In this document: positions 1-11,081 of the stretch, one piece after another
Layout of the letters: each line of letters starts with the position of its first letter
Numbering within the stretch: the stretch's first letter is position 1
NCBI GenBank assembly: GCA_050261755.1
Contig: JBLNDP010000059.1
Coordinates: 2,802 to 66,801 of the forward strand
DNA length: 64,000 nt
Direction: 5' to 3'
Origin: Clostridia bacterium
Lineage (GTDB): Bacteria; Pseudomonadota; Gammaproteobacteria; Burkholderiales; SG8-39
Notes under the pieces: generated by a model
Databases searched by the model: none
Told to the model about the DNA's origin: nothing
The model's input: only the letters and a program-made list of their open reading frames with translations
Translations under genes and position numbers: made by a program

Positions 1-279
1 GCCGGAGAGGGCGAGCACGTAGAGGCTGCCGGAGAAGAGCACGGTCCCGGCGACGAAGAGCCAGCCGCTCGCGCTCATCACCGGGCCCGGCCAGCGGGTG
101 CTCGCCCAGGCGACGGCGAGGAGGGCGAGCGCGTGATACATCTGGTAGCGGGCGCCGGTCTCGAACACGGCGAGCATGTCCGACGCCAGGCGCTCCTTGA
201 GGCCGTGCGCCGCGAACGCGCCGCAGCCGACGGCGATGAAGGCGGAGAGGGCGCCGAGCACGGCGAAGATCCGGTCCAT
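1..279 (-). CDS. DUF423 (YgdD-like) small membrane protein; 3' end lies outside the window
   Basis: Absent from the ORF track because it runs off the window edge. Minus-strand translation from the ATG at 279..277 reads MDRIFAVLGALSAFIAVGCGAFAAHGLKERLASDMLAVFETGARYQMYHALALLAV..., the GAFxAHGL pattern with hydrophobic helices. The start overlaps the upstream stop (TGATG). Confidence 0.75.
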   Translation of the reverse strand, partial: MDRIFAVLGALSAFIAVGCGAFAAHGLKERLASDMLAVFETGARYQMYHALALLAVAWASTRWPGPVMSASGWLFVAGTVLFSGSLYVLALSG

Positions 280-629
280 CAGAGGGCCTCCAGCTCTCGG
301 GCTCTTGCCTCGAGCGCCCGCTTGGTGCAGCTCGCGAAGGCACGCTTCGCTTCGATCGGTGCTTTTCCTTGCGCTTCGGCGCTGCAGCGGCTGTTCCGTT
401 CGGCGTTCCACGCGTCGGCCGAGCGATCGAACGCCCTGAGCCGCTCGGGATCGGCGCGGTAGCGCGAGCGCACCGCGTTCACAAGGTGCACCACCTTCGC
501 CTCGAGCGGCAGGATCTCCGCCTGGAAGCAATCGCCGAAGGTGTCCAACGGTGCCGTGTCGATGCACGACTGCGCTCGCGCGCCCGTCGCGGCGCAAAGG
601 ATGACCAGCATGGCAAGCGCTCGTCTCAT
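279..629 (-). CDS. LprI/DUF1311-like secreted protein (lysozyme-inhibitor-like family)
   Basis: Internal Met of ORF 279..1130. Signal peptide MRRALAMLVILCAATGARAQS, then a helical Cys-containing domain (CFQAE...WNAERNSRC...FASCTK). ATGA overlap with the upstream GNAT gene. Confidence 0.6.
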   Translation of the reverse strand: MRRALAMLVILCAATGARAQSCIDTAPLDTFGDCFQAEILPLEAKVVHLVNAVRSRYRADPERLRAFDRSADAWNAERNSRCSAEAQGKAPIEAKRAFASCTKRALEARARELEAL

Positions 630-1084
630 CGATGGACTTGTCGAGCGGCCAGTTTCTTGACGTAGAAGTGGCGGCTGGCCCCCGTCGGTGACCCGGTCAG
701 CGTGCCGAAGCGCCGGTAGCCGAGCTTCTCGTAGAAGCCCGGCGCTTGGAACGAATACGTGTTGAGATGGATGTGCCGGCTGCCGCGGCGCCTGGCGTGG
801 CGCTCCGCCTCGTGGATGAGCGTGCTGCCGATACCGGCCCCGCGCGCCGGGGCCGACAGCCATAGCAGCTCGACGTAGCTTTCTTTCCAATAGGACTCGA
901 GGATGAGCCCGCCCACGAGGCGTCCGCGCTCCCCGCGAACGCTCAGGACCGTGCGCTCGTAGTTCGTCGGGCCGACCTGTTTGCGATTGAACGCCAGCAA
1001 GCCCCGCCAGAGCTCGCGAGAGGTCGCGGACTTGCGCGAGCGCTCCATGACCACGCGAGCCACAGGTGTAGCGATTGACTTCAT
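626..1084 (-). CDS. GNAT family N-acetyltransferase
   Basis: ORF 626..1120. Acetyl-CoA motif region LLWLSAPARGAGIGSTLIHEAERHARRRG and GFYEKLGY. Start placed at MKSIATP (ATG at 1084). Confidence 0.8.
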   Translation of the reverse strand: MKSIATPVARVVMERSRKSATSRELWRGLLAFNRKQVGPTNYERTVLSVRGERGRLVGGLILESYWKESYVELLWLSAPARGAGIGSTLIHEAERHARRRGSRHIHLNTYSFQAPGFYEKLGYRRFGTLTGSPTGASRHFYVKKLAARQVHR

Positions 1085-1149
1085 GTTCTTCGTGGGCCGA
1101 TACGTTACGCTGCGAACCATTCGCGGGCAAACCTGCCTATTCGAGACCG

Positions 1150-2262
1150 ATGAGACGCCTTGTCCTTGGATTGGTCGTGGCCTTGTGCCCTGCGCTGACA
1201 GCCGCGCAGGTGCTGGAGAGCGAAGAGCAGGCCTTCCGGGTGGTCAAGGTAGTCGAGGGGCTTGACCATCCCTGGTGCGTGGCGTGGCTGCCGGACGGCC
1301 GCGTGCTGATCACCGAGCGGCGGGGCACCTTGCGCGTGGTGAAGGACGGGAAGCTCGAGGCGAAGCCGGTGGAAGGCCTGCCGGAGGTGGTGCAGCGCGC
1401 GCAATCGGGCCTCTTCGATGTCGCGCCGCATCCCAACTTCAAGGAGAACGGGCTCGTGTACCTGGCGTACACGGCAAGCGGCGAGGGCGGAATCGGCACG
1501 GAGCTCGCCCGAGGCAAGCTGGTCGGCAATCGCCTCGAGAACGTCCGCGTCATTTTCAAGGAGCAGCCCAAGGGGCCGGCTCGCATCCAGTTCGGCGGGC
1601 GGATCGTCTTCGACGGCAAGGGGCATGTCTTCCTCACGCTCGGCGACCTCGGCGACAAGGACCGTGCCCAGCGCCCGGACGACGACGCGGGCTCGGTGAT
1701 TCGCCTAAACGAGGACGGCAGCATCCCGAAAGACAACCCGTTCGTCGGCAAGCCGGGATGGAAGCCGGCCAAATACGACCTCGGGCATCGAAACATGCAG
1801 GGCGCCGCGCTGCACCCGCAGACCGGCATGCTGTGGACGCACGAGCATGGTCCGCAGGGCGGCGACGAGATCAACGTCATCCGCCCGGGCCGCAACTACG
1901 GCTGGCCGGTCATCACCTACGGGGTCAACTACGGCAGCGGGACGAAGATCGGCGAGGGCACCGCGAAGCCCGGCATGGAGCAGCCGCTCTACTACTGGGT
2001 GCCCTCGATCGCGCCCTCCGGGATGGCGTTCTACACCGGAGACAAGTTTCCGAAGTGGAAAGGCGACCTTTTCGTCGGCTCGCTGAAGTTCGACCTCCTC
2101 GTGCGCCTGCGTCTCGACGGCGAGAAGGTGGTGAAGGAAGAGCGGATGCTCAAGGGCGTGCTCGGGCGCATCCGCGACGTGCGCGTCGGTCCGGACGGCC
2201 TGATCTACCTGCTGACCGACGAGAGCGCGGGCGTGCTCGCGCGCCTGGAGCCGGCGAACTGA
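1150..2262 (+). CDS. PQQ-dependent soluble sugar dehydrogenase (YliI/Asd-like beta-propeller)
   Basis: ORF 1075..2262, start at MRRLVLGLVVALCPALTAAQ (signal peptide). Motifs LDHPW, GLFDVAPHPNF, RNMQG, HEHGPQGGDEIN and NYGWP. Confidence 0.85.
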   Translation: MRRLVLGLVVALCPALTAAQVLESEEQAFRVVKVVEGLDHPWCVAWLPDGRVLITERRGTLRVVKDGKLEAKPVEGLPEVVQRAQSGLFDVAPHPNFKENGLVYLAYTASGEGGIGTELARGKLVGNRLENVRVIFKEQPKGPARIQFGGRIVFDGKGHVFLTLGDLGDKDRAQRPDDDAGSVIRLNEDGSIPKDNPFVGKPGWKPAKYDLGHRNMQGAALHPQTGMLWTHEHGPQGGDEINVIRPGRNYGWPVITYGVNYGSGTKIGEGTAKPGMEQPLYYWVPSIAPSGMAFYTGDKFPKWKGDLFVGSLKFDLLVRLRLDGEKVVKEERMLKGVLGRIRDVRVGPDGLIYLLTDESAGVLARLEPAN

Positions 2263-2263
2263 C

Positions 2264-2530
2264 CTACTTGAGGTTCTTCAGGTTGAGCGCCAGGATCTGC
2301 AGCTGCTTGGTGATCACCGCGTAGCTCGGCTGGCTGGAAACGAACGCAAGCGCCGAAAGGACGCGCGATCCGATCTCGGCGGCGGATGCCTCGGCAGGAA
2401 GCTGAAGCGACGTCGCGAGCTCGGTAAGACCCTCGGAGCGAGCCCACTCGCAGAGCTCGGCAAGGCGCGCGACCATGGCAGCGCGGTCCAGCTTCTTTGG
2501 GAACCGCGCGGTATCGGCGCCTAGATCCAT
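2264..2530 (-). CDS. hypothetical protein (88 aa)
   Basis: The ORF fills the gap between two confident genes. Codons are mostly G/C-ending. No recognisable motif. Confidence 0.45.
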   Translation of the reverse strand: MDLGADTARFPKKLDRAAMVARLAELCEWARSEGLTELATSLQLPAEASAAEIGSRVLSALAFVSSQPSYAVITKQLQILALNLKNLK

Positions 2531-2533
2531 TTT

Positions 2534-3316
2534 CTAGCGGTTCGGCGCCAGGTCGAGAACCATCCTCGTGAGCGCGCCGGTGGGCGAAGCGAGCTCTTCC
2601 AGGATGGTGAAGTGGTCGTGGCCGGCGAGGGAGTAAGCGGGACGGCCGATCGTCTTGCCGTAGTCCTCCGACTGGCGGCGCATTTCCGGAAGCTCGTTGC
2701 CGCCATAGGCGATCGTGAGCGGCTTCTGCGGCCGCGGCAGGAGCATGGGGCTCATGCGGCGCGCCTCGTCCTCGTCGAGCTTCAGCTTGTCGTTCACGTA
2801 CGAGAGGCGGATGGGCTCCAGGTCGTAGGCGCCGCTGATCGAGAGGCCCGCCTTCACGCCAGGATGGCCCATCGCCATGGCGGTGAGGTGGCCGCCGGCG
2901 GACCAGCCGGAAACGACGATCGCCTTGTTGGTTTTCGCCAGGAAGGTCAGCGCCGAATCGATTTCCGCGACGATTCCGGTCAGGCGGATGTTCGGCGCCA
3001 GGGTGTAGCCGATCATCGCCACGTTGATGCCCTGCGCGAGCGGCCCTTCGGCGATGAATCCGAAGTTGTCCTTCGCGCGGTTCTGCCACCAGCCGCCGTG
3101 GATGAACGCGAGGAGCGGCGCGCCTGCCTTGGGAGCGAACAGGTCTACGCGGTTTCTTTCCGCTTTCCCGTATGGAATGTCGAGCGTCGAAGAAAAACGC
3201 GCCCGCAGGGCCGCCGTCCTCTTCGTCCAGTCCTCGACGATCTGGGCGCTGTTCTTGACTGCGATCGCGTTGTTATACGCCGCGTCGAGGGCGGCCTTGT
3301 CCATCCCGCGGTACAC
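2534..3316 (-). CDS. alpha/beta hydrolase (esterase/arylformamidase-like)
   Basis: Oxyanion motif IHGGWW, nucleophile elbow GWSAGGH and a late GHDHF His. Confidence 0.8.
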   Translation of the reverse strand: MYRGMDKAALDAAYNNAIAVKNSAQIVEDWTKRTAALRARFSSTLDIPYGKAERNRVDLFAPKAGAPLLAFIHGGWWQNRAKDNFGFIAEGPLAQGINVAMIGYTLAPNIRLTGIVAEIDSALTFLAKTNKAIVVSGWSAGGHLTAMAMGHPGVKAGLSISGAYDLEPIRLSYVNDKLKLDEDEARRMSPMLLPRPQKPLTIAYGGNELPEMRRQSEDYGKTIGRPAYSLAGHDHFTILEELASPTGALTRMVLDLAPNR

Positions 3317-3324
3317 GGAAGTGC

Positions 3325-3858
3325 TCAGAAGTGGTACTGGAAGCGAAGGACGCTGAAGTTGATGGCCGGGTTCGGGTGCTTGATGCCGGCATTCGAGAGG
3401 TGCTGGAAGCGCAGCTGCACGTCGTACTTGCCCTGGTCGCCGAAGCGGTAGCCGACGCCGACGTGGTCGCCGAACTCGAAGTGGCTGCCGGGCTGCTTGG
3501 TGGCCGTGACGTTGGTGCTCGAGAGGTAGTGGAAGCCGATGGCCGCCTCGCCGTAGAGGCCGTAGCCCTGGTTGCGCTCAAGCCTGAAGGTGGGCGTGAG
3601 GCTCAGGTCGGTAATGTTGCTCGCGCCGTTCCAGTAGCCGATCTGCGCGTCCCAATAGCCGCCCACGTGGTACTCGGCGCCTTCGAGCCAGCGCTTCTGC
3701 CATTTCCACTGCACGCCGACGCGAGCCATGTCGACGCCGGTGCCGCTGCCGGCTTCCACCGAGAAGCCGTCCACGGCCAGGGCCGACGGGCAAACGGCGG
3801 CCAAGGCCAGCGCAGCGAAATAGCAGAGAGATTTGCTCGAAAAGACTTTCTTGTTCAT
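3325..3858 (-). CDS. pagL: lipid A 3-O-deacylase (PagL-like outer-membrane acyloxyacyl hydrolase)
   Basis: Signal peptide, beta-barrel-like alternating pattern, C-terminal active-site motif FQHLSNAG and a terminal aromatic residue (YHF). Confidence 0.75.
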   Translation of the reverse strand: MNKKVFSSKSLCYFAALALAAVCPSALAVDGFSVEAGSGTGVDMARVGVQWKWQKRWLEGAEYHVGGYWDAQIGYWNGASNITDLSLTPTFRLERNQGYGLYGEAAIGFHYLSSTNVTATKQPGSHFEFGDHVGVGYRFGDQGKYDVQLRFQHLSNAGIKHPNPAINFSVLRFQYHF

Positions 3859-3892
3859 TAGCCCCCCTTAGGCGAGCCGATATCATACAGGC

Positions 3893-5528
<1,636 letters not shown>

Positions 5529-5545
<17 letters not shown>

Positions 5546-6587
5546 CCTTCTTGCCGAGGAGCGCGCCGGCGAGGAACGCGGCGGAGACGGCGAACTCGGG
5601 GAGATGGCGTTTCACGAACGACGGGTGCGGCGCGGGCGGCGTATTGGCCGCTTCCAGGTTGCGAAGCGCCGCGTGCACGTGAATCTCGGGCATGCCCGGC
5701 GCGGCGACCGGAGCGGCGGCCGGCTTGTCCTGCTTGCAATCCTTGCGCGAGCCGTATTCATTGGCATAGACCCACGTGAACTCGGCGCCGAAAAGGAAGA
5801 TCTGCGCCGAGTAGTAGATCCACACCATCATGAGGGCGAGGGAGCCGAAGGCGCCGAAGCCCGAGGCGACGTTGCTCTTGCCGAGGTACAGGCCGATCAG
5901 CACCTTGCCGATCGCGAAGAGCGCCGAGGTCACCGCCGCGCCGATCCACACGTCGTGCCATTGCACCGTCGCGCGGGGCAGGAACCGGTAGATCGCGGCG
6001 AACACCACGGTGAGCAGGCCGAAGCTGATCGCGAGGTCGAGCACGTGGCCGACGAATTCCCAGCCGCCGATCATCGGCGTCCAGAACTTGCCGAGCGCCG
6101 AGACCGCCGCGCTGAGCGCGAGCGACACGACGATGAGGAAGGCCATCGCGAAGACGAGGCTGAACGTGAGCAGCCGCTGGCGCAGCCACTGCCACAGGCC
6201 GTTTTCCTTCTTGCGGTCCGGAGCGCGCCAGATGACGTCGAGCGCGCCCTGCAGCTCGGCGAGGACCGTGGAGGCGCCCATGAGGAGGACGGCGAGGCTC
6301 ACCGCCGCGGCGATGCCGCCGGTTTTCGGCTGCTGCGCATGGCGCAGCATCTCGCCGACCGCCCGCGCCGCGTCCTGGCCCATCAAGTCGGAGAGCTGGC
6401 CGAAGATCGCGCCCTGTACCTGGTCGGCACCGAAGAAGAGGCCGGCCACGGTGATGAGGATCACGAGGAGCGGCGCCATCGAGAAGAGCGAGTAGTACGA
6501 GATGGCGGCGCCCATGCTGGGCGCCCGGTCGTCGGACCAGGAGCTGGCCGTATCCTTCAGCAGCCTAAAGACTTGCTTGGGGCGCAT
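5529..6587 (-). CDS. YihY/BrkB family membrane protein
   Basis: N-terminus ...SWSDDRAPSMGAAISYYSLFSMAPLL, multiple transmembrane helices and YSAQIFLFGAEF near the end of the domain. Confidence 0.85.
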
Positions 6588-6614
6588 CGATGGCGCCCGA
6601 GCAAGCTTTGTTCC

Positions 6615-7394
6615 TTAGTCTTTGTAGGACGGGTCGAGCTTGTCGAGCCGGGCGAGGAGGGCCGGCCACTCCATGAGGCCGAAGCGCCGGCGCACGCCGG
6701 GCAGGTACAGGCGGTTCGACGCCTCGACGACCTCGCGCGGCGGCATGGAAAGCTCCGTGTTGCAGGACAGCGCCATGACCTGCAGCTGGCAGGCGCGCTC
6801 GAGGCGGAAGATGTTGTTGAACGCTTCCGGGATGCTCGCCCCCGTGGCGATGAGGCCGTGGTTCCTCAGGATCATCACCTCGCGGCCGCCGAGGTCGCGC
6901 ACCAGCCGCTCCTGCTCGTCGAGGTTGATCGCGACGCCCTCGTAGTCGTGGTACGCGATGTCGAGGAAGCGCATGGCGGTCTGCGCGAGCGGCAGCAGGC
7001 CGCATTTCATGGCCGAGACCGCCATGCCGGCGAGCGTGTGCGTGTGGATCACGCAATCGACGTCGGGCCGCGCGCGGTGGATCGCGCTATGGATGACGAA
7101 GCCGGCGCGGTTGACGGTGTACGCGCCGGGGTTGAAGAGCTCGTTGCCGTCGCAGTCGATCTTGATGAAGCCCGAGGCATGCATCTGCTCGTAGAGCAGG
7201 CCGTAGGGATTGATCAGGAAAGCGCCTTCCTCTCCGGGCACGCCGGCCGAGATGTGGTTCGCGATCATCTCGTCCATGCCGTAGTACGCGACCAATCGGT
7301 AGGCCGCGGCCAGGTCCACGCGCTTCTGCCACTCCGCCGCGCTCACCTGCTCGCGCACCGAGGGACGCCGCATTTCTTCCTGGGGCATATTCAT
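6615..7394 (-). CDS. class II aldolase/adducin domain protein
   Basis: Motifs NHISA, FVIHSAIHRARPDVDCVIHTHT and LRNHGLIATG. Confidence 0.85.
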   Translation of the reverse strand: MNMPQEEMRRPSVREQVSAAEWQKRVDLAAAYRLVAYYGMDEMIANHISAGVPGEEGAFLINPYGLLYEQMHASGFIKIDCDGNELFNPGAYTVNRAGFVIHSAIHRARPDVDCVIHTHTLAGMAVSAMKCGLLPLAQTAMRFLDIAYHDYEGVAINLDEQERLVRDLGGREVMILRNHGLIATGASIPEAFNNIFRLERACQLQVMALSCNTELSMPPREVVEASNRLYLPGVRRRFGLMEWPALLARLDKLDPSYKD

Positions 7395-7411
7395 GGCGTT
7401 ATTCTAGGGGA

Positions 7412-8221
7412 ATGCAAAAGCGCTCATTCGGCAGGAAGGGAACGCCCGTCACCGTGCTGGGGCAGGGCACCTGGCAGATCAACGACAGGAAAAGCGCCGT
7501 CGCGGCGTTGCGCCGCGGCATCGACCTCGGCATGACGCACATCGACACCGCCGAGCTCTACGGCGATGCCGAGCTCGTGATCGCCGAGGCGATGGCCGGC
7601 CGCCGCGACGAGCTCTACATCGTCGACAAGGTCCTGCCGTCCAACGCCTCGCGCAAGGGCACGCTCGCCGCGTGCGAGCGGTCGCTCAAGCGCCTGAAGA
7701 CCGATCGCCTCGATTGCTATCTCCTCCACTGGCGCGGCAGCTATCCGCTCGCCGACACCGTCGACGCGTTCGAGCAGCTCCTGGCCGAGGGGAAGATCCT
7801 TTCATGGGGCGTGAGCAACTTCGATGTTTCGGACCTCGAGGAGCTGTCTTCCATCAGCGGGAAGGCCGTGTGCAACCAGGTCCTGTATCACCTGGAAGAG
7901 CGCGCCATCGAGCACGCCGTCATGCCGTGGTGCGAGAAGCACGGCGTGGCGGTGGTCGCCTATAGTCCGTTCGGCAGCGGCCGCTTTCCGAAGAGCAAGG
8001 TGCTCGACGAGATCGCCAAGGCGCACGGGGCCACGGCGCGGCAAGTCGCTCTGTCTTTCCTCATAAGAGACGAGAACGTGTTCGCCATTCCCAAGGCGGA
8101 AAGCGCGGCGCACGTCCAGGACAACGCCGGGGCAGCGAAGGTGAGGCTCACTGCCCAGGACATCGAGAAGCTGGACAAGGCGTTCCCGCGCGGCCGGCCG
8201 CGTTCCCTCCCCATGATCTGA
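7412..8221 (+). CDS. aldo/keto reductase
   Basis: Motifs GMTHIDTAELYG, LDCYLLHW, SWGVSNF and PKAESAAHVQDN. Confidence 0.85.
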   Translation: MQKRSFGRKGTPVTVLGQGTWQINDRKSAVAALRRGIDLGMTHIDTAELYGDAELVIAEAMAGRRDELYIVDKVLPSNASRKGTLAACERSLKRLKTDRLDCYLLHWRGSYPLADTVDAFEQLLAEGKILSWGVSNFDVSDLEELSSISGKAVCNQVLYHLEERAIEHAVMPWCEKHGVAVVAYSPFGSGRFPKSKVLDEIAKAHGATARQVALSFLIRDENVFAIPKAESAAHVQDNAGAAKVRLTAQDIEKLDKAFPRGRPRSLPMI

Positions 8222-8226
8222 ACCAA

Positions 8227-8249
8227 GGGCGGCGCGCCCGGTCTTTTTT
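8227..8249 (+). terminator. short hairpin followed by a T-run after the aldo/keto reductase gene
   Basis: GGGCG-GCG-CGCCC stem-loop, then GGTCTTTTTT, directly after the stop at 8221. The stem is only 5 bp, and the next start codon follows immediately. Confidence 0.4.
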
Positions 8250-8251
8250 AC

Positions 8252-9286
8252 ATGCGCGCCGTCACGATCGAACCGCGCCGGCCCGGCTCGTTGCGGCTCG
8301 ACGACATCGCCGAGCCCGAAGCCGGCGGACAAGTCCTGGTGCAGGCGCTCGCCGTCGGCATCTGCGGCACCGACCGCGAGCTCCTCGACGGAGCCTATGG
8401 CGAGGCGCCGGCAGAAGGGGGGCGGCTTGTGCTCGGGCACGAGTCGCTCGGCCGCGTGCTGTCGGCACCGGAAGGCAGCGGCTATGCGCCCGGGGATCAC
8501 GTCGTCGGCATCGTGCGCCATCCCGATCCGCTCCCGTGCCCGCAGTGCGCGGCAGGCGAATGGGACATGTGCGAGAACGGCGGCTACACCGAGCGCGGCA
8601 TCAAGGCTCGCCAGGGCTTCGCGGCCGAGCGCTGGTCCGCGGCGGCGGACTTCCTCGTCCCCGTGTCGCGCGCGCTGGGGCTCGCGGGCGTGCTGCTCGA
8701 GCCGGCGAGCGTGCTGGCGAAGGCCTGGGCGCACATCGAGCACATCGGCCGGCGAGCTCGCTGGACACCGCGCAAAGTCCTCGTCACCGGGGCGGGGCCG
8801 GTCGGGCTCATGGCGGCGCTCATGGGGCGGCAGCGCGGATTGGCGGTCCACGTCGTCGACCACAACGAATCCGGGCCGAAGCCCGACCTCGTGCGCGCGC
8901 TCGGCTGCTCCTACTCGATCGAGGTTCCTGCCGGCGGCTACGACGTCTCGATCGAGTGCACCGGCGTTCCAGAGGTCATCGCCAGGGTGCTCGAGAGCGA
9001 GACGCCGAACGCCATTGCGTGCCTCGCGGGCCTTTCGCCCACGTCCGGCGGCGCGGCGCTGCCGATCGCCCCTTTCAACCAGTCGGCGGTGCTGCGCAAC
9101 CGCGTGGTCTTCGGCTCGGTGAACGCGAACCGCGGCCACTATCGCGCTGCCGCCGACGCGCTGGCGCGGGCCGATCGCGGCTGGCTGGATGGGCTGATCA
9201 CGCGCGTGGTGCCGCTCGGGGACTTCGCGAGCGCCTACCAGCCGGTGAAGGGCGACGTAAAGACGGTGCTCGCCTTTGCGAATTGA
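8252..9286 (+). CDS. zinc-type medium-chain dehydrogenase, glucose 1-dehydrogenase-like
   Basis: Motifs GICGTDRE, GHESLG and a Rossmann GAGPVGL. Layout resembles archaeal-type glucose dehydrogenases. Confidence 0.75.
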   Translation: MRAVTIEPRRPGSLRLDDIAEPEAGGQVLVQALAVGICGTDRELLDGAYGEAPAEGGRLVLGHESLGRVLSAPEGSGYAPGDHVVGIVRHPDPLPCPQCAAGEWDMCENGGYTERGIKARQGFAAERWSAAADFLVPVSRALGLAGVLLEPASVLAKAWAHIEHIGRRARWTPRKVLVTGAGPVGLMAALMGRQRGLAVHVVDHNESGPKPDLVRALGCSYSIEVPAGGYDVSIECTGVPEVIARVLESETPNAIACLAGLSPTSGGAALPIAPFNQSAVLRNRVVFGSVNANRGHYRAAADALARADRGWLDGLITRVVPLGDFASAYQPVKGDVKTVLAFAN

Positions 9287-11081
9287 AGACTACGCGCTGA
9301 TCGGTGATTGCCATTCCGCCGCGCTCGTCGGCCGCGACGGCTCGATCGACTGGCTGTGCTGGCCGCGCTTCGACTCGCCCGCCTGCTTCGCCGCGCTGCT
9401 CGGCGGCCGGGAACACGGCCGCTGGAAGATAGGGGTCTCCAAAGAAACGAAATTGATAGGAACAAAAAGGCATTACCGGACCGACACGCTGGTGCTCGAA
9501 ACGGAGCTGGAGACGCCGGAAGGCTCCGTCGCGCTCGTCGATTTCATGCCCGCCCGCGGGGACTGCTGCCAGCTCGTGCGGCTCGTTGTCGGGCGGCGCG
9601 GCCGGGTGCCGATGGAGATGGAGCTCGTCCTGCGCTTCGACTACGGCAGTTCCGTGCCGTGGGTCACGCGCTTGCCGGACGGAGATGGCATCCGCGCTAT
9701 TGCCGGCCCCGACCTGGCGGTGCTGCGCTCGCCCGTGCCGATCGAGGGCAAGGACTTGAGCAGCGTGGCGAGCTTCGTTGTCGGCGAAGGGGAATGCGTG
9801 GCGTTCCAGCTTGCGCATGGACCCTCGCACCGCGACCTGCCGCCGCCGATCGAGCCGCTGCACGCCTTGGACCAAACCGAAGCGTGGTGGCGCGCCTGGA
9901 CGGGGCGGTGCACGGTCGAGGGCGAGTGGGCCGACGCGGTGCGGCGCTCCCTCATTACGCTCAAGGCGCTCGCTTACGCGCCCACGGGCGGCATCGTCGC
10001 CGCGCCGACCTGCTCCCTGCCGGAGCGCATCGGCGGCGTGCGGAACTGGGATTACCGGTTCTGCTGGCTGCGCGATGCGACGCTCACGCTGCTTGCCCTC
10101 ATGAACGCCGGCTACTACGAGGAGGCGGGCGCCTGGCGGGAGTGGCTGGTGCGCGCGGTCGCCGGCTCGCCCGGGCAGATGCAGATCATGTACGGCCTCG
10201 GCGGCGAACGCCGGCTGCAGGAGGCGACGCTGGACGGGCTACCCGGCTACGAGCGCTCGGCGCCGGTGCGGGTGGGCAACGCGGCGGCGAGCCAGCTGCA
10301 GCTCGACGTGTACGGCGAAGTGATGGACGTGCTCTACCAGGCGTGCAAGGGCGGTCTCGACGGCAGTCCCGCCGCCTGGGGCATGCAGCGCGCGCTCCTC
10401 GACCATCTCGCCGGCGTGTGGCGCTCGCCGGACGAGGGCATGTGGGAAGTGCGTGGCGGCCGCAAGCTCTTCACCTATTCGAAGATCATGTGCTGGGTGG
10501 CGGTCGACCGGGCGATCAAGATGGTCGAGCAGTTCGGCGTCTCCGGACCGGTCGACGACTGGCGCAGGCTGCGCGCCCACATCCACGACGATGTCTGCCG
10601 CCGCGGCTACGACGCCGACCGGAACTCCTTCGTCCAGTATTACGGCTCCCAGGAGCTCGACGCCAGCCTCCTCATGATCCCGATCACCGGGTTCCTGCCG
10701 CACGACGATCCGCGCGTCGTCGGGACGGTGGCGGCGATCCGGCGCGAGCTGATGGCCGACGGCTTCGTCCGGCGCTACCGCACGCGTCCGTACCTGGACG
10801 GCCTGCCGCCGGGCGAGGGCGTCTTCCTCGCGTGCAGCTTCTGGCTCGCCGACACGCTGCACATGCAGGGCCGCCACGGAGAGGCGCGCGAGCTTTTCGA
10901 GCGGCTCCTGGCGCTGCGAAACGACGTCGGCCTCCTCGCCGAGGAGTACGACCCGGGGGAAAAGCGCTTCCTCGGCAATTTCCCGCAGGCCTTCTCGCAT
11001 GTCGCGCTGGTCAACACCGCGATGAACCTGGGCGCGAAGGCAAAGCCGGTCGAGCAGCGCGCCGGACGGAAAGCCGCCTGA
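9276..11081 (+). CDS. glycoside hydrolase family 15 (glucoamylase/trehalase-like)
   Basis: N-terminus RIEDYALIGDCHSAALVGRDGSIDWLCWPRFDSP, plus NWDYRFCWLRDA and FPQAFSH. TTG start overlaps the upstream gene by 11 nt. Confidence 0.9.
   Translation: MRIEDYALIGDCHSAALVGRDGSIDWLCWPRFDSPACFAALLGGREHGRWKIGVSKETKLIGTKRHYRTDTLVLETELETPEGSVALVDFMPARGDCCQLVRLVVGRRGRVPMEMELVLRFDYGSSVPWVTRLPDGDGIRAIAGPDLAVLRSPVPIEGKDLSSVASFVVGEGECVAFQLAHGPSHRDLPPPIEPLHALDQTEAWWRAWTGRCTVEGEWADAVRRSLITLKALAYAPTGGIVAAPTCSLPERIGGVRNWDYRFCWLRDATLTLLALMNAGYYEEAGAWREWLVRAVAGSPGQMQIMYGLGGERRLQEATLDGLPGYERSAPVRVGNAAASQLQLDVYGEVMDVLYQACKGGLDGSPAAWGMQRALLDHLAGVWRSPDEGMWEVRGGRKLFTYSKIMCWVAVDRAIKMVEQFGVSGPVDDWRRLRAHIHDDVCRRGYDADRNSFVQYYGSQELDASLLMIPITGFLPHDDPRVVGTVAAIRRELMADGFVRRYRTRPYLDGLPPGEGVFLACSFWLADTLHMQGRHGEARELFERLLALRNDVGLLAEEYDPGEKRFLGNFPQAFSHVALVNTAMNLGAKAKPVEQRAGRKAA

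Noticed and set aside
5604-7535. Very long ORFs antisense to or overlapping confident genes. Examples: 5604..7535 +, 7802..9139 -, 14739..16793 +, 33933..35825 -, 40340..42577 +, 44365..46107 -, 51837..54056 +.
   Set aside because: Their translations are Arg/Ala/Gly/Pro/His-rich strings without motifs. They lie opposite or out of frame to ORFs carrying unambiguous family signatures. Stop-codon scarcity in high-GC DNA explains them.
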